A DNA stretch of 64,000 nucleotides, taken from assembly GCA_030704615.1 (NCBI GenBank), contig CM060732.1, positions 31,310,001-31,374,000 of the forward strand, in the 5' to 3' direction. Below are positions 37,429 through 49,973 of the stretch, in pieces. The notes under the pieces were generated by a model that was not told the origin of the DNA, made no database searches, and saw nothing but the letters and a program-made list of their open reading frames with translations. The stretch comes from Takakia lepidozioides. Lineage: Eukaryota; Plantae; Bryophyta. Each line of letters begins with the position of its first letter. The first letter of the stretch is position 1. Both the position numbers and the translations under genes were made by a program.

Positions 37429-40400
37429 TCATGTCGCAACAAAAAATTTGCGGGCAAACTTTGAGTGATTGCAGCCCAGCATGTCTGAGAGGCTACAGCT
37501 TGAGGCACGCTCTTGAAGACTTCGGTGGCGCGGCTCTATGGTGCGATGCAAACTAGACCCAAAAAATGCTGGGTAATCTACCACCTCATTGATTGGTCGG
37601 CCCATCACCATCACCAGGAAATCCACTTTTGGCTGCAATGAGTTGCGAATGCTTTTCGTCAACACAGGTGGGTACCCTGTAGCTATGGTGGCAACCTGCT
37701 GAGGGCTATAACCTATGAGGCGCAGGTGCTCTACCACAGGCCTGAAAGCTGTGTCTGCCCTCCGACACAATATGTGAGGGAAAAAGGTGGCGACCTTCCG
37801 TAGGTCATCTTTCTGGACCCCAATACTTTGAAGGAACTCAACAGTAGGACGTATCCGATTCTCAACACTGTAGCCCAGCATGTTGGGACAATGAGTGAGA
37901 AGCCTTCCTAAATCTTCACCAGTGAGTCCAAGAGTTCGCAAGTAGTTGACAGTCGGCCTCAGCTTTTGGTCAATGCTGTAGCTTAGCAGTCGAGGGCAAT
38001 GGAGTATCACCTTTCCATCCATGCAAACAGTGCTGATCATGTTAGTTGCTATTTTATCTGTCTGCGGACATGGATCTCACTGTTCCCTCTTCATACCACT
38101 GTCTCCCACAGGTTCTCCAAGACATCTCTAGAGCTATGGTTGTACAGCCTATGTGTCCTTGCTCCGCTGGTTCCTCAGTGGTTCTAATGGACTACTGTCT
38201 CCCCGGAAAAACGTCTTCGTAGTTCATACTGGAATCTTGTTTCTTCGCGCGTAAACGTAGTTTGCAGTAGAGATAAAAATTATGAATAGGAGGAGCTTAC
38301 CCAAATCTAATAAGATTTTTTTTGGGAATTCAAACGTAAGTAACTCCTTAATAAGAGATATTTTTCTCCAAATCGAACTTGACGAATCAGATATAGGATA
38401 TACATTTTTCTTTTCTTTCCTCTCATCTCGTACAAGCGATTCTCTCACCGGATTTTCAATCTCTATCGATTCATCCAAGAGATCCTTCTTACACATCTCC
38501 TGTCGAAAGTCCTCGATTGGATTTTTCAAATTTTCGTCTTCGTTCCAAACAAAAGAAAGTTTCATAATTTTATACTACCTCTTCGTGAAAGAATATATAC
38601 CATCAAATCTAGTTGAATAAGTTTCCCTGTGCACTTCAGAGTTACTACATAAAAAATCGTGCATAGTTTCTACTTTCTACCATAATTTTCTCCACCGTAG
38701 TTCCGGCTAGTTGATAGCTGAACCTTTGTTATTTTCAACTAGAGGAAATGGAGAGGTTGCATCTTTATTTATCTCGAAGGGGTAGGCCCAGGATCGGGCA
38801 GTCAGCCGGAACCAGCGCCACCACCGGAGGTAGCGCTTGGTTATTATATATTTTGTAGATTAGGTGGAGGCTCATTTTGCAGCAGGAGTGGCACTTGCGC
38901 GGCATATCTGGTAATACGCTCCGTTTGTGTTCTCGCTGCCGCCAGTAACCAAACCTTCTCATTAAAAGTAAAGGTTCTAGGTTCCTGGATCAGACGGGCC
39001 GAAAGGGCCGAGCCTATTAAAGTAAAGTTTTCTACTTGTTTTTGCGTGAGGGACACCTGGGGCAATTGGTTATTCCGAGATTAGGTCCAGTTGGACATAG
39101 CTAAGAATAGGGTCTCCTTTTTGACTAAAAGAGGAAGAATATATTATGTCAGACAGAAATTCACCGTTATTTTGTAGATCTTCCCTAGTCATGAGGTGAC
39201 ATATTTGTCTTAAAAAAAGTTGACTATATATTTCGAGATTAACTTTGACTCCAACCCAAATATAAATCCCAGAAACTTGCTGAGCCTGTACCATTAACTC
39301 CCTACCTTGTTGATTGTCTGCACTTACAATAATGTATCGTCGCGCAAAAAGTTCTGTGGTCGTCATAAAATTAAGAACCTCCCTACATTAGTTGGATTAT
39401 TACTTCAAAGCCATTTGTATTGATATATCATTTATATTATTGGCGCGGATATATGGTAAAAGGGCTTTGGCCTCCGTTTATTAAACGGAGGCCTTTTGTA
39501 TATCCATTTTACGACTGAGGGGTAATTCCCAGGGGCGACCCACATCGGTATGTAGAGGCTGTGGATACATATTACTGGGGATTCGGCCTTGGGTAACTCT
39601 CATTTGATTCGAATAAAAAACCTCACCAATTATGGCACATCCGGCTTCTAAAATTCGGTTCACACCAATCAGATTCGAGTTAGTCACTCTTCATAGACCA
39701 TTCCTCCACAACGTTGTCACAGTGTGACATTAAGAAAGAAGATGCTGCAAACACAAGGGTCATAGAAGGTTTACCTTGAGAAGGTTTTGCTCCTTCACTC
39801 CAAGGCTCTCAAGAAAAGCAAGAACTGGGCAAAGTTTTTCCTCCACACTGTGCACCAGGATCTGTGGAAACCTGGCTACCACCAAAGCCACATCCTTGCG
39901 TTGAGCTCCAAGAGCCTCTAGGCAAATTACCATTCGCTCCAGCTTCTCAGAAATACTTAGCACCAGTAGCTGTGGGCAGCGAGCCACTACCACTGGAAGT
40001 TTCCGTCGAGGGACCCCAACCCTGTGTTCCAAGAAATCCCAATTCGGCTTCATCCTTTCCTCAATGCTTGCAACTTGTAGACGCATGCACCTGTCACAAC
40101 AGAGGTGATCCCTCATGATCTTTCATGGGAAGGATGTTCCAAGTCACTTTCCCCATAATACTACCAATGTTTTCTTTTAGATCCCCATCTATAAACAGCA
40201 AACTATATCCTCATTGATTCTATCAATACCTTTTTGGCAGAATGGGTGCTAGGTGCAGCAGGGGAAATCTACACTGAAAAATTTGCAGGCACTATGATTA
40301 CGGACCCTGGTCAAGGTTGCCAAACTTGTGTAGATTGGTCAATACCCCAAAATTATGGTCTAATCAAAACTCCAGTACCTGAATATTTCTATAATGTTTC

Positions 40401-40985
40401 AAATGACTGACAAAATTGAGAGGTTTTGTACTACTAGTTGATGAATCAACAAACAATTTCTTGGAAGGAACATATTCCTGAAAGCATTATAAACCCCTCA
40501 AAACGTGCCTGCTTACTGAGCATGTATACATTAGTAGAGCTTCGCTATGGATTAAGTATCATAGATCGTCTAATGATGATATAAAACACAACATACAATT
40601 TCAATGTTTCTGCAACATCATAGCGTGTTTGGTTCTACTGCTACCTTGTACTAATCACCAGCTAACAGCCTCAAGACACTCAGCTAGTGTCTGGCGTGGA
40701 GAATATTGTGTAAGTGTAAAATCTACTCACCTCCACTGAGTAGGGAAAGTACACTATTGTGGTGACCGGCATCTAGCATAATACGTCTACAGTGTTGCAT
40801 GCAAGTTTGGAATTTTCCAAACTTGAAGGAAATCAACAGTACATTTGACTTTTGCTGACTACAAGGAAATAAGAAAACCTGTACCTGCTAAGCATACGGT
40901 CAATGATGTCTTCTTCCAAGCCCTTTCCCTTGAGGAAAGCCATCACCTCCTCTGGCTGCAGTTGGCTCCCTGTCATAGCTTCCAT
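37429..40985 (-). CDS. MTERF6: mTERF6-like organellar transcription termination factor; exons 40985-40885, 40090-39775, 38010-37429 (332 aa)
   Basis: mTERF repeats HSVEEKLCPVLAFL, PRLLSYSIDQKL, GYPPVLTKSIRNSLQP and CSLSDMLGCN, closely resembling Arabidopsis mTERF6 as I recall it; GT-AG introns in compatible phases. Confidence 0.9.
38190..39690 (-). other. Foreign-looking AT-rich insert in mTERF intron 2 with compact co-oriented ORFs (39481-39687, 39070-39366, 38844-39065, 38224-38565)
   Basis: AGGGAGG Shine-Dalgarno-like sequence before ATG 39366; GAGG before ATG 38565; ATGA stop/start overlap at ~38224-38227; hairpin at 39469-39493. Boundaries approximate. Confidence 0.6.
39469..39497 (+). 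terminator. Intrinsic-terminator-like hairpin
   Basis: ggcctccgttt-att-aaacggaggcc followed by tttt. Confidence 0.45.
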
Positions 40986-41560
40986 GTTTGTTGCCCCATG
41001 CAAGTAGTTCTAGATCTAACAAACAATTACACTCTGCTTCTCCTAGCTTACATTTGCTCTCCTTAATCCTCTCTTTTCTCTTCCTTTCATTCTCTCTCTC
41101 TCAATCTCTTATGTCCATTTATGGATGAAAGACTTCATCTAACACACAAGTTGTTATCGTGACCCTTAATACTAAGCACCTGGCTCCTAAACAAAGCCGC
41201 CAATTAATGATTGCTATGATATAACTACGAAAGAACAGTGCCAAATATGAGTATTCCTAAACTTAAAGGCAGTCAAGTTAAGGGAACAAAAATGTGATAC
41301 TTACTAACAGATCCTTGAGCTATAGTAAGGGAGACATTGTTGAGCTTCTCCATCCGTGTGCTTCTTGTAATTGATCTGTCTTCAAGTTGAGGCACTGCAC
41401 ATGTTTCCCTGACACAGCAGAAATCAGAAGAGAGCACAATGGGATCTGACTCTGTCACAGAAATATTACTGTTGGTCAAAAGATATCAATATTCTTCGGA
41501 TGCAAGAATCAATTCAGAATTCAAACCAAGGGAGTATACTTATTGGCATTGTCACAGAGT

Positions 41561-42010
41561 AAGAGAGAGAGAGAGAGAAGGTACTCATAAGACGTTGTTT
41601 TCCGTACAGTTTGAGCGGAACACAAAGGAAAAGAACCTACCTTTGTCAGGGGCTGACGTCGGTAGTAAGACTTACCTTGGAATAAAAAATTGATCCAGGT
41701 TTTCCAGATATCCTCTAGAAATCCCTTCACACAAGCATCAATCTGCTGTGTGTGGTTTGCCCAATAACTAGGCCCCAAAAGGGCCTAGGCTTTTGGCTCA
41801 GCCTCGAGACTTTCAAAGTTGGTAAACAGAGGTACAGGCACAATTCCCTTGATAGATTTGAGGAGAGCGTCTCTCTGGTGAGAGAACCCCAGACAGTGAA
41901 TCAGAAAATGAATATTGTCTTCAGGTTGCCCACACAACGGACAATTGCACCCTCCATTTTCTTCTCTGCTTCTGTTTGCTGTTCAAAGGTAGGCTTCCCG
42001 CCCTGATTTT

Positions 42011-42041
<31 letters not shown>

Positions 42042-42260
42042 ATGTACTCATAAGACGTTGTGTTTGCCGTAGCCTTGTGGCCATAGACCCCGCGCCCAGT
42101 TTGTGCGGAACAAAAGGGAACAGATTAGTCCTTTGTGAAGGGCTCACTCCGGTAGTGTGACTTACCTTGATAGAGACAATTAGTTCGGGTTTTCCAGATA
42201 TCCTCTAGAAAGCCCTTCACACAAGCATCAACTTGCTGTGTGTGAGCTGCCCAGCAATTA
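41561..42260. mobile_element. Two tandem partial copies of the dispersed element at 34-420, each following a (GA)n tract
   Basis: gtactcataagacgttg at 41581 and 42044; shared internal ttttccagatatcctctagaaa...cacacaagcatcaa; (GA)n at ~41563-41578 and 42010-42038. Confidence 0.7.
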
Positions 42261-45036
42261 GACCCCCTAGAATTGTGGTCATGGCTCTGGCCCAGTTTTC
42301 TCAAGGTATGACTTGCCTGTATTATTAATTTGATGGACATATTTACGCCTCCCTAGCCACAGCATACAGCATTCTCTCAAGCCTCTCAACTGAGGAGAAC
42401 TAGGTGCTTGGTGAAACTCTTTTAAGGTGCTTGGAGAAACTCTTTTAAGGTGCTTGGAAGAGGGAATCTTGCTTAAACGGGTGCCGACAGTGTGCCAAAA
42501 ACATCACTGTCCAAGCCTTCGCTCTACATACAGTGGCACAAACCAGGGTTTAGGGTTTTAGAGTTTGTACTCTGGAGCAGTATTTTGTGCAGAGTATGGG
42601 ACAGTAATTTGGGAATCATCCGCATTACCTGCTTTACGACCCAACCACAGCCACCAGACCCTTCTTTGCTTCTTTACAAACAACACTCCATGCATAACTT
42701 GAGAGGCGCTTGGTGTAGTCCTTCAATAGACATCCAGCACCGCAAGTTCACTGCATCCTTAACAGCTCAATCTGCTTCATCTATTGTATTTCCATTTTAT
42801 TTCTAGTATGTGCCAATGCCAGTCTTTCAACCAACACTCTCCACTGTTGTAAACAGCCGTGCGTGATCACTATGGAATTTTTTACCTAAATTCTCACTAT
42901 TATGAAACTCTTCTCTTTCCAGCAGGGCGAAAATCCCAAGTGTGAGGAGGAGTCGCAAATCTCTGAAACTATTATGGAGCTCATTTGTTACCTGCCAAAC
43001 AGTTTGTGGTAGGAACACAGCAAGACGAAGGTTTTGAAGGATTGGCTCCAACATACCATGCAATCGTCAGTCACTTTGAGAGCCAGCTGTGCTATCACCC
43101 TGCCTGTACTTCATGACATATGGCATCTGCCAAGCTTCAGTCAAGATCACATCTAATTATGCGAATGCGCATCTGAATTCTAATTGAGGCTAGGTGATAA
43201 TCAAGAGCTGCAAACTTCAAGAGATCCATTACATCTTGCGATTAGCTGAAATGTGACATGTACATTACGAGGCACCCCAGCTCACCGCTGGTTCAACGAA
43301 AACAACAATCACATCCAACTCTCACGCCCATGAAGTAGAAATTGGAACTCTGCAATATGGTCAGATTTATACATTGTAATAATGTAAGGGGAAGTTACTC
43401 TCCAAGCCGCCCACATATGCTTTCAAACATACAGATAAAATCATGGGAGAGTTACGAAATAATTCAAACCTCTCGGTAAGGATACACAACCACAATCAGA
43501 GGCTGGAGTTCAGGAAGAGGTGCCTCTACAAAGTCGTCCCAGGAACTGATGTTTCCAAGGGTCCACAAGCAGGCTGTAAGTACAACAAAAACCTCACGGC
43601 TATGGCGCATCAGCCAAGGCGGACATCGTCCTCACAGACACCAGGATGCACGACGATTGTATTCAGCAGAGCCACACACACGAGAGACGACACGACCGCG
43701 GGGCTCTGCGGTTGAGCCGCGCTGCTACCGACTTGGTCCGCGGAGCTACTCTCTATGCACCGCGGAGCTACGGCATCCACGAGGATGAGCATTTCTTCTT
43801 CAGCTGAATGGGGACGGAAGGGACTCCCGATATTCATCCGTTCAACTTCTCATCAACAACAAAATACGAAAAAATATATATATAACGGATTCAGTCGTGT
43901 AGTAAAGAGGAACGTGCATGCAGGCTTCCCGGAACATGCAGTGTTGAATCCGTCAAGAGATCAGCAAAATGAAACTCACGTTTGGAGAGTATGTACAACT
44001 ATATAAGAGAGGTCTGTTAACAAAGAAATTCCTGGTAATTGGTACGTTGGGGATATGGGGTATGATGGAAACAAAAGCAAGACCTGCACAGAGCAGAAGA
44101 GTCACTAATGCAGAAGGATCTGCTCCTGTCGAGACAGTATGAGCATAAGTATTTCCTGTCAAGAAGTTTGCCAGTTGCAAAAATTCTGCTACGGGTAAAT
44201 GTATGAAGGACCTGGGACACTTCAAGTTTAGAGGCGTTACCATTTGCATTGTCCCTCTAGGCAGTAAAATTCAACAGGTGAACAAGTGAAGCGCAGGATA
44301 AAAGTTGAAGTTATTAAAGTTCGTTTAACGTCCAGCGGATTTAGTACAGAGCCTGCTGCTTGACTGGAAAATTGCCCTCAGATTACAATATATGGTCTAG
44401 TGCTGGAGTAAATTTGTACGTGCAGCAAAGATTATTAAAGACAAAAGAGAGATACAGCGCCTCTAGATGATAGATAAGGCGATCGACAGCGAAAGACGTC
44501 GGCAAAGAGAGAAATTTTCACTGAGCGACAGAGAGGAAGACACAGACTGCATACACAGAGGTCCAAGCTTATACCACTTGCTGGCACCTGATGGTATCAA
44601 GAGCATAAAACCCACACCAGAAGAAGATGAAATATCTTCTATACAACAGATTAGGTGTGGTTATTAAATACCCACTTGGACAAACAAATATCAAAATCGG
44701 GCCTAAATCGGGGTGAAGATGGCAAGGTAGCCCTCCAGACTTAACAGGCACCCTCAGAGTGAACAGTGTTTTAGGATTCAATCCTGAAAGCAGAGCTGCA
44801 AGCACTTGTGAGATTAAAGCAAAGCTCTTTCCACAGCTCCCAAAACAATCTCCCATGGCTCTCAAAAAACAAGCTCAAATGTTCCACTAGGTACAACTTG
44901 TTACACTGTTGCTCCTATAAATGCAGCTGGCAGCCAACAACCCATAAAATTGGGCAGGACGCCCTCAGTCAACGCACATCACTCAAGATGAAGATGACTG
45001 AGACAGCAAAATTGGAGGATTGGAATTGAATTGGAA

Positions 45037-45700
45037 TTAAATTGGAGCTTTTCTACAAAGAATCCAGAGTCTTCTTGGAAGAGCCACAGAATTTCGTACT
45101 GTAACACATAGATCCTTCACACTTTTCCTTAACATCTCTCCTCTCTCCTCTTCCATCATAAGCCTCACAACCCTCTCTACCTCAGGACTCCTTGCCAACC
45201 AACCCATCATCAGATCCTGGACCCGAGCAGCAACTTTCAGTACGTCTACGACAAGTACTCTGTTCATGTGTTGCTCAGCTTGAATCCACTGTGGAGTTCC
45301 GCTCACAGTGGCTCAGGAAACCTCCAACCTCGGTATGGGCACGGATCTGCAACAGTGGCACCCATGCAGAGAACACTAATCCCTGCTTCTTAGTCCTCTC
45401 CATGAAACCTTGAGGGAGGAAGGCAGATCAGATGTTACCTTCAATACCTTGTGGAGCTCTTAGGACCCAAAGAAAGTTTTGCGCACTCGTCTCAAGCCCA
45501 AGAGGTAGTTCATGTCTGTGTGGCAGTGTGGCAAAGAGAGGAGCTACGCTGCCAAAGGTTGGCTGGGTGTTCAACCAGTCTATGCACTCATTCTTGTCTG
45601 AACTCGCTTGTGATGGGTTGTTGAACATGTTATCCTTGTTGCCATCTAATAGTGTGGGTCCAAGTAGGGTGGCAAGTAGGGAATAGCAAAATGCAGGTTT
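45037..45700 (-). pseudogene. UDP-glycosyltransferase (family 1) pseudogene fragment
   Basis: ECIDWLNTQP, LGLETSAQNFLWVLR and a degenerate PSPG box WVPLLQIRAHTEVGGFLSHCERNS; stops and frameshifts. Confidence 0.8.
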
Positions 45701-46962
45701 GGACTCCAGGAACTCTGAAAGTGAAAGAGATGTCACCTTTTTTGTTTTCAGAAAAACCCGAATGTGCTTGACAGGGTTACAAGCCAGTTTGAGGCAAAAT
45801 GCAGAGGTCCATAGCAAATTACAGTGATCCAGACTTGCTATGGACACCATATTTCAACACATCGATTAAACCAACTTTATCCACAAGCTACACTGCTGTA
45901 TTGTGACAAATGGTCGTGACACTACTCTGCAGATTCAGAGCGGCAAGCACAGATTCAGAAGCCACCAAACAATGAGGGTGTTGGGTCTGTCGATAGTTCC
46001 TCCAACTAAGCATGCTAATGAGAGAGATACAAAACCAACAGAGACTGAGAAGCACAAGGCTAGTGTAATGCACTACCAGTGCCTGGAGCCAAGGACTAAC
46101 TATTGGATGTTAGTGATCACCCGAAGTTAGGACACATTGAATCAATCTATCCTAATTTCACACTACTTGGATTTGAAAGAAAAATGTGTCATGTGGTTCC
46201 AAAATGGGACAAGATGAATCCTGGTATAAGTAAAGATATAAGTAAAGATACAATACTGGTTGCGGAGTCACAAATATGCAGGAAGACAAGACTTGACTTG
46301 TGTCTTTGCTTTGTGGAGCGGCGAGAAGTTGCAGGATGAACAGCATCCTACAAACAAGTTCGATGCATCTAGCTTTTCTAGCTACACCACTAACATTTGT
46401 GGAAGGATATATCTACTTTGCTTCATGAGCGGCATCCACCACTCTCATTGCTGTAAATCAGTATCAAACCACCAGATAACTGCTGAAGCATCGGCGGTAT
46501 GGGATCTGGGACTCCCTCATGCAAACAAATAGTGCTCTGTGTACATTTTCCAATGAAAATCACATCACCCAACCTTGTTTGGGCCATTTAAGAGACTGAT
46601 CAACCTCAAAGCTGGGAACTGTCCAATAGAAATATTTGTTTTAACCAAGTGTTTTACTGGGGAGGGAGCTTATGCTCCAATTCTCCTCAAATTCTAAAAC
46701 CAGCTCATCTGATTTGAAGCGTCGATTCAAAAGCCAGATTTCCTACATCAGAAACACACAGAGGGATTGGGTCTGAGCAATTGAGGAAAGAAGGTTATCA
46801 GAGATCACATGCTATCACAGGACAAAGATGTGGTATGTACTTCACTATATACATTTGAAGTCTATGATGCCCATGTTCGCATATCACTGCCTTCACATGC
46901 TGTCACATGTTCCCACTTCACTTCCAGAAACCACTGGTCTTCTTAGAACCTTGGGTGACGGA

Positions 46963-49900
46963 CTATGCAGAAATGCGCGATATACCCTTTTTATTGTCAT
47001 GCCCAGTCTCAATGACAGTAACCCAGACATGCTCCGTGGAAGAAGTCAAAGGTTTGAAGAGTCGACACCCTAGAGACCATGGAGTGCCAGGTTCCAAGGA
47101 CGTTGGTGCGTTCTTCATGGCACTATCCAAAGAGACTGATCTTGGCAGCTGAGATTCTATCTTATTAGCGTTTTCCACATGGCAGGGTGCAGTGTTACTG
47201 ACTTCGCAAGAAGCCCCTGGTTCCAGCTGCTTGAAGTTTGTTTTATCTTCTGATATTGTTCTGTCCTTGCCATAATAATAAGCTGATGCAGTAGGCTGTG
47301 AACCCATCGCTTCGTCTTCCATTGAATCATGTGCTGTATTCCATTTCTTAACCCTAGCAGGTTGAATGAGTGATGATTGCAGAAGTGGTCCCAAATTTCT
47401 CTCTCCAGACAACCCCATGTCACACTTAGCAGAATCCTCTTCCCTAGAACCTCCAGAGGTGGATGGTCTGTGAAGGTGAGTGTGAGTGCCTCCCCCACCA
47501 GTGAACACTGTTCCTGCCCCTGAAGAACTCTCAATGTTTATTGGCAGCTCATTGCATCCCCCCTGAAGTTCATCTGTGCCCTCTCCTGTGAGTTAGAGGT
47601 GCACACAGTGAGTGTTAGTTGAACGATAAATGTATAGTAGGACTGGAAGTCTAGATGAACACAATTGTACTCAAGTTCACTTTTGGTTGACTAAATCCTT
47701 TAAGAAGTGTGACCAGGGGTGGTTGTTCCACAGACAAGCCCTACGCGACTCACAGGGGCTATTAACTCTCTATTTTTAGAGCTGCAGGGGGCTCTTCATT
47801 TCACTGGCTCTACTTGGACATGCATCCTGTTACTGTAGCAACAATCATTCCACAGGCTCAATCACTCTCAACAATCGAATATTAAGGGGCCATTTACCCT
47901 GTGGTACAACCTCAGAAGTGGATAGACTGCAGAGGTAACCTGCACCATCACTGGGCTATCCGTCACATCTGGGTCATGTTACAGATATAGTGAATGCTTG
48001 AGCTCACCAGATAAGGGCAACTGCTGGAAGTGTGGCATGAACTGTGGCCTCCAAGTATACTGGACTTGTTGACTGTACGTCTCTGGTTGTTTACCAGCTG
48101 CAGGGCGTGCGACTGGTTCTTCGTCTTCTTTCACAGTAACCGGGGCCCCAAAGACTGTACTGGAACGTTTCAAGATTGAGCGTGGCCTGGGAAGCTGCCC
48201 CCTCTCAGCTGAGATTGTGGAAACATAGTCTGACGGGTTATCTTCACCTGAGGAATGGAAGATTGCATGATGATCCCTGGTGGATACTGGTTTTGGCGTG
48301 ATCTGATCCATAGAGGTCATATTTGAGAGCCTGGCCGGTTGCACCTGCATGACGCTGTGATTTGAGGGTTATGATGTAGGAAGGAAAAGGAAACAATACG
48401 AGACCTGAGCATCTCAGTAACGACTACCAGGAGACAATCTGTTAGTCCATTCCACCTATATGCTTTTATGGAGTCAATTCTCCTCAAGCCTCTTTATCCT
48501 ACTGTTCAACAGCTGCACAGACTGACACCCAATACATTCCTCAAAGGCTTAGGTTTAAATGCTGGTACATACCTGGAGGGTAGTAGAGTTCATGCCATTG
48601 GGGGAACCCTGGCCAAGTTGCTGATAAAGCTGGCGATGGGAAAGATGTGCAGGCCTCACACATTGTACACGTGTCAAACCATTCGCCCCTGCTGTCCCAC
48701 TATTAAATGAGAGATGAGTGCTGGTGGGAGATGGTGGGGGTGTAGGGGAATCCAGTCGTGCCAAGTGTGTTGAGAAAAGCTCCACTGGAACATTCACAAG
48801 CGTCTGAGCTGCCCCAATCCATACTCGTATCCCATCACTGGATGAGCGCCGCACCTGCCACCCACATACCTATCATCAACCCTGATATGTAGCAACTAAT
48901 CAGTTTTAACACCGCACATGGCAAGATGTCTTTCTGCAATTTTTTCACAATTTGCTGTCATTCTGTATAACTTTATCTCTTCTATTCAGCTTACTCGGAA
49001 TAAAACCTCCACAGAATTTTCCTCTTTAAGCATCTCTTCTGGAGTTTGAAACCCTGACAATGCTTTTTTGCATGTGACAAACCTTGATGTGATATACTAA
49101 CATCTGGCCACCCACCTAACCTGTTGGTTTTTCAGGGGGATCGTGGGGAGGTTCCTTTGGCGGGCACAACAATAAAAAATTCATGGTCCTTGTGCAGACC
49201 TTCACAACCGATGCCCTGTTGCTATGTCTATCTCAAACCCTTAAATTTCCTGATGAATTTTCCAATTGAATCTCTGCTTGAAGTCCGACCATCATATCAT
49301 ACTCTGAGCGGTCATGAACTTTTAGGCAGAGTTTACAAAACAATTTGATCAGAGGAACATGAAAGAGACTTGCCAAATGAACATCTAAATACAGATTTGG
49401 ATAGTCATAAACAGATCAATTGAATGAAATTATCTTGATCCGCCTGTTGCCAAAAGTACTGTGTGTACGTTATTCCTTTGAATTCTTCCCATCCTGTCCA
49501 CACAGACCAATTTGTCTTTAGGGGATTGTGGAGTTGCTCACCTGCCCAACAAGCCACTTGGTTTGGTTGCAGCGAACCAAGACATAGTCTCCAAAGATAT
49601 AATCTAGCGGCCTGGCAGCGTGTGTCCTGCTGAACCTTTCCCCGCCATCTCCCACGAACTCAGTAAAGCTCTGTCTGCTGTGAATGCTTGAAGGGCTGGT
49701 CTGCGCCGAGTAGCCAGGTGGACCCTGATCCTTGACATCCCGAGCCCACAAAGGTGTTCCTGACTGCATGGAACCCCTTACAGGACTAGACACCATGTTG
49801 CTGTCCCCAGGGCTCTCGGGTGAAGGAGGAAATCCATGCATACCACGCGGTGATTGCCCATTGGCTGTACGCCTCCTCGGGGTTGCGGGCTCACTGTTAG

Positions 49901-49973
49901 GAATTGTCAGTTTGGGACGACCCCATTGATTGTGTGGTTGCCCTAAGGACACCCTCTTCCCATATCCCTCCAT
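46963..49973 (-). CDS. Unknown, largely low-complexity protein (~557 aa); exons 49973-49542, 48854-48573, 48344-48008, 47585-46963
   Basis: Four open segments joined by GT-AG introns in compatible phases (0, 0, 1). One short beta-rich segment (YIFGDYVLVRCNQTKWLVGQVRRSSSDGIRVWIG) may be SH3/Tudor-like. Confidence 0.7.

Noticed and set aside
42402-42458. 23-bp tandem duplication
   Set aside because: A simple slippage-type duplication with no sign of function.
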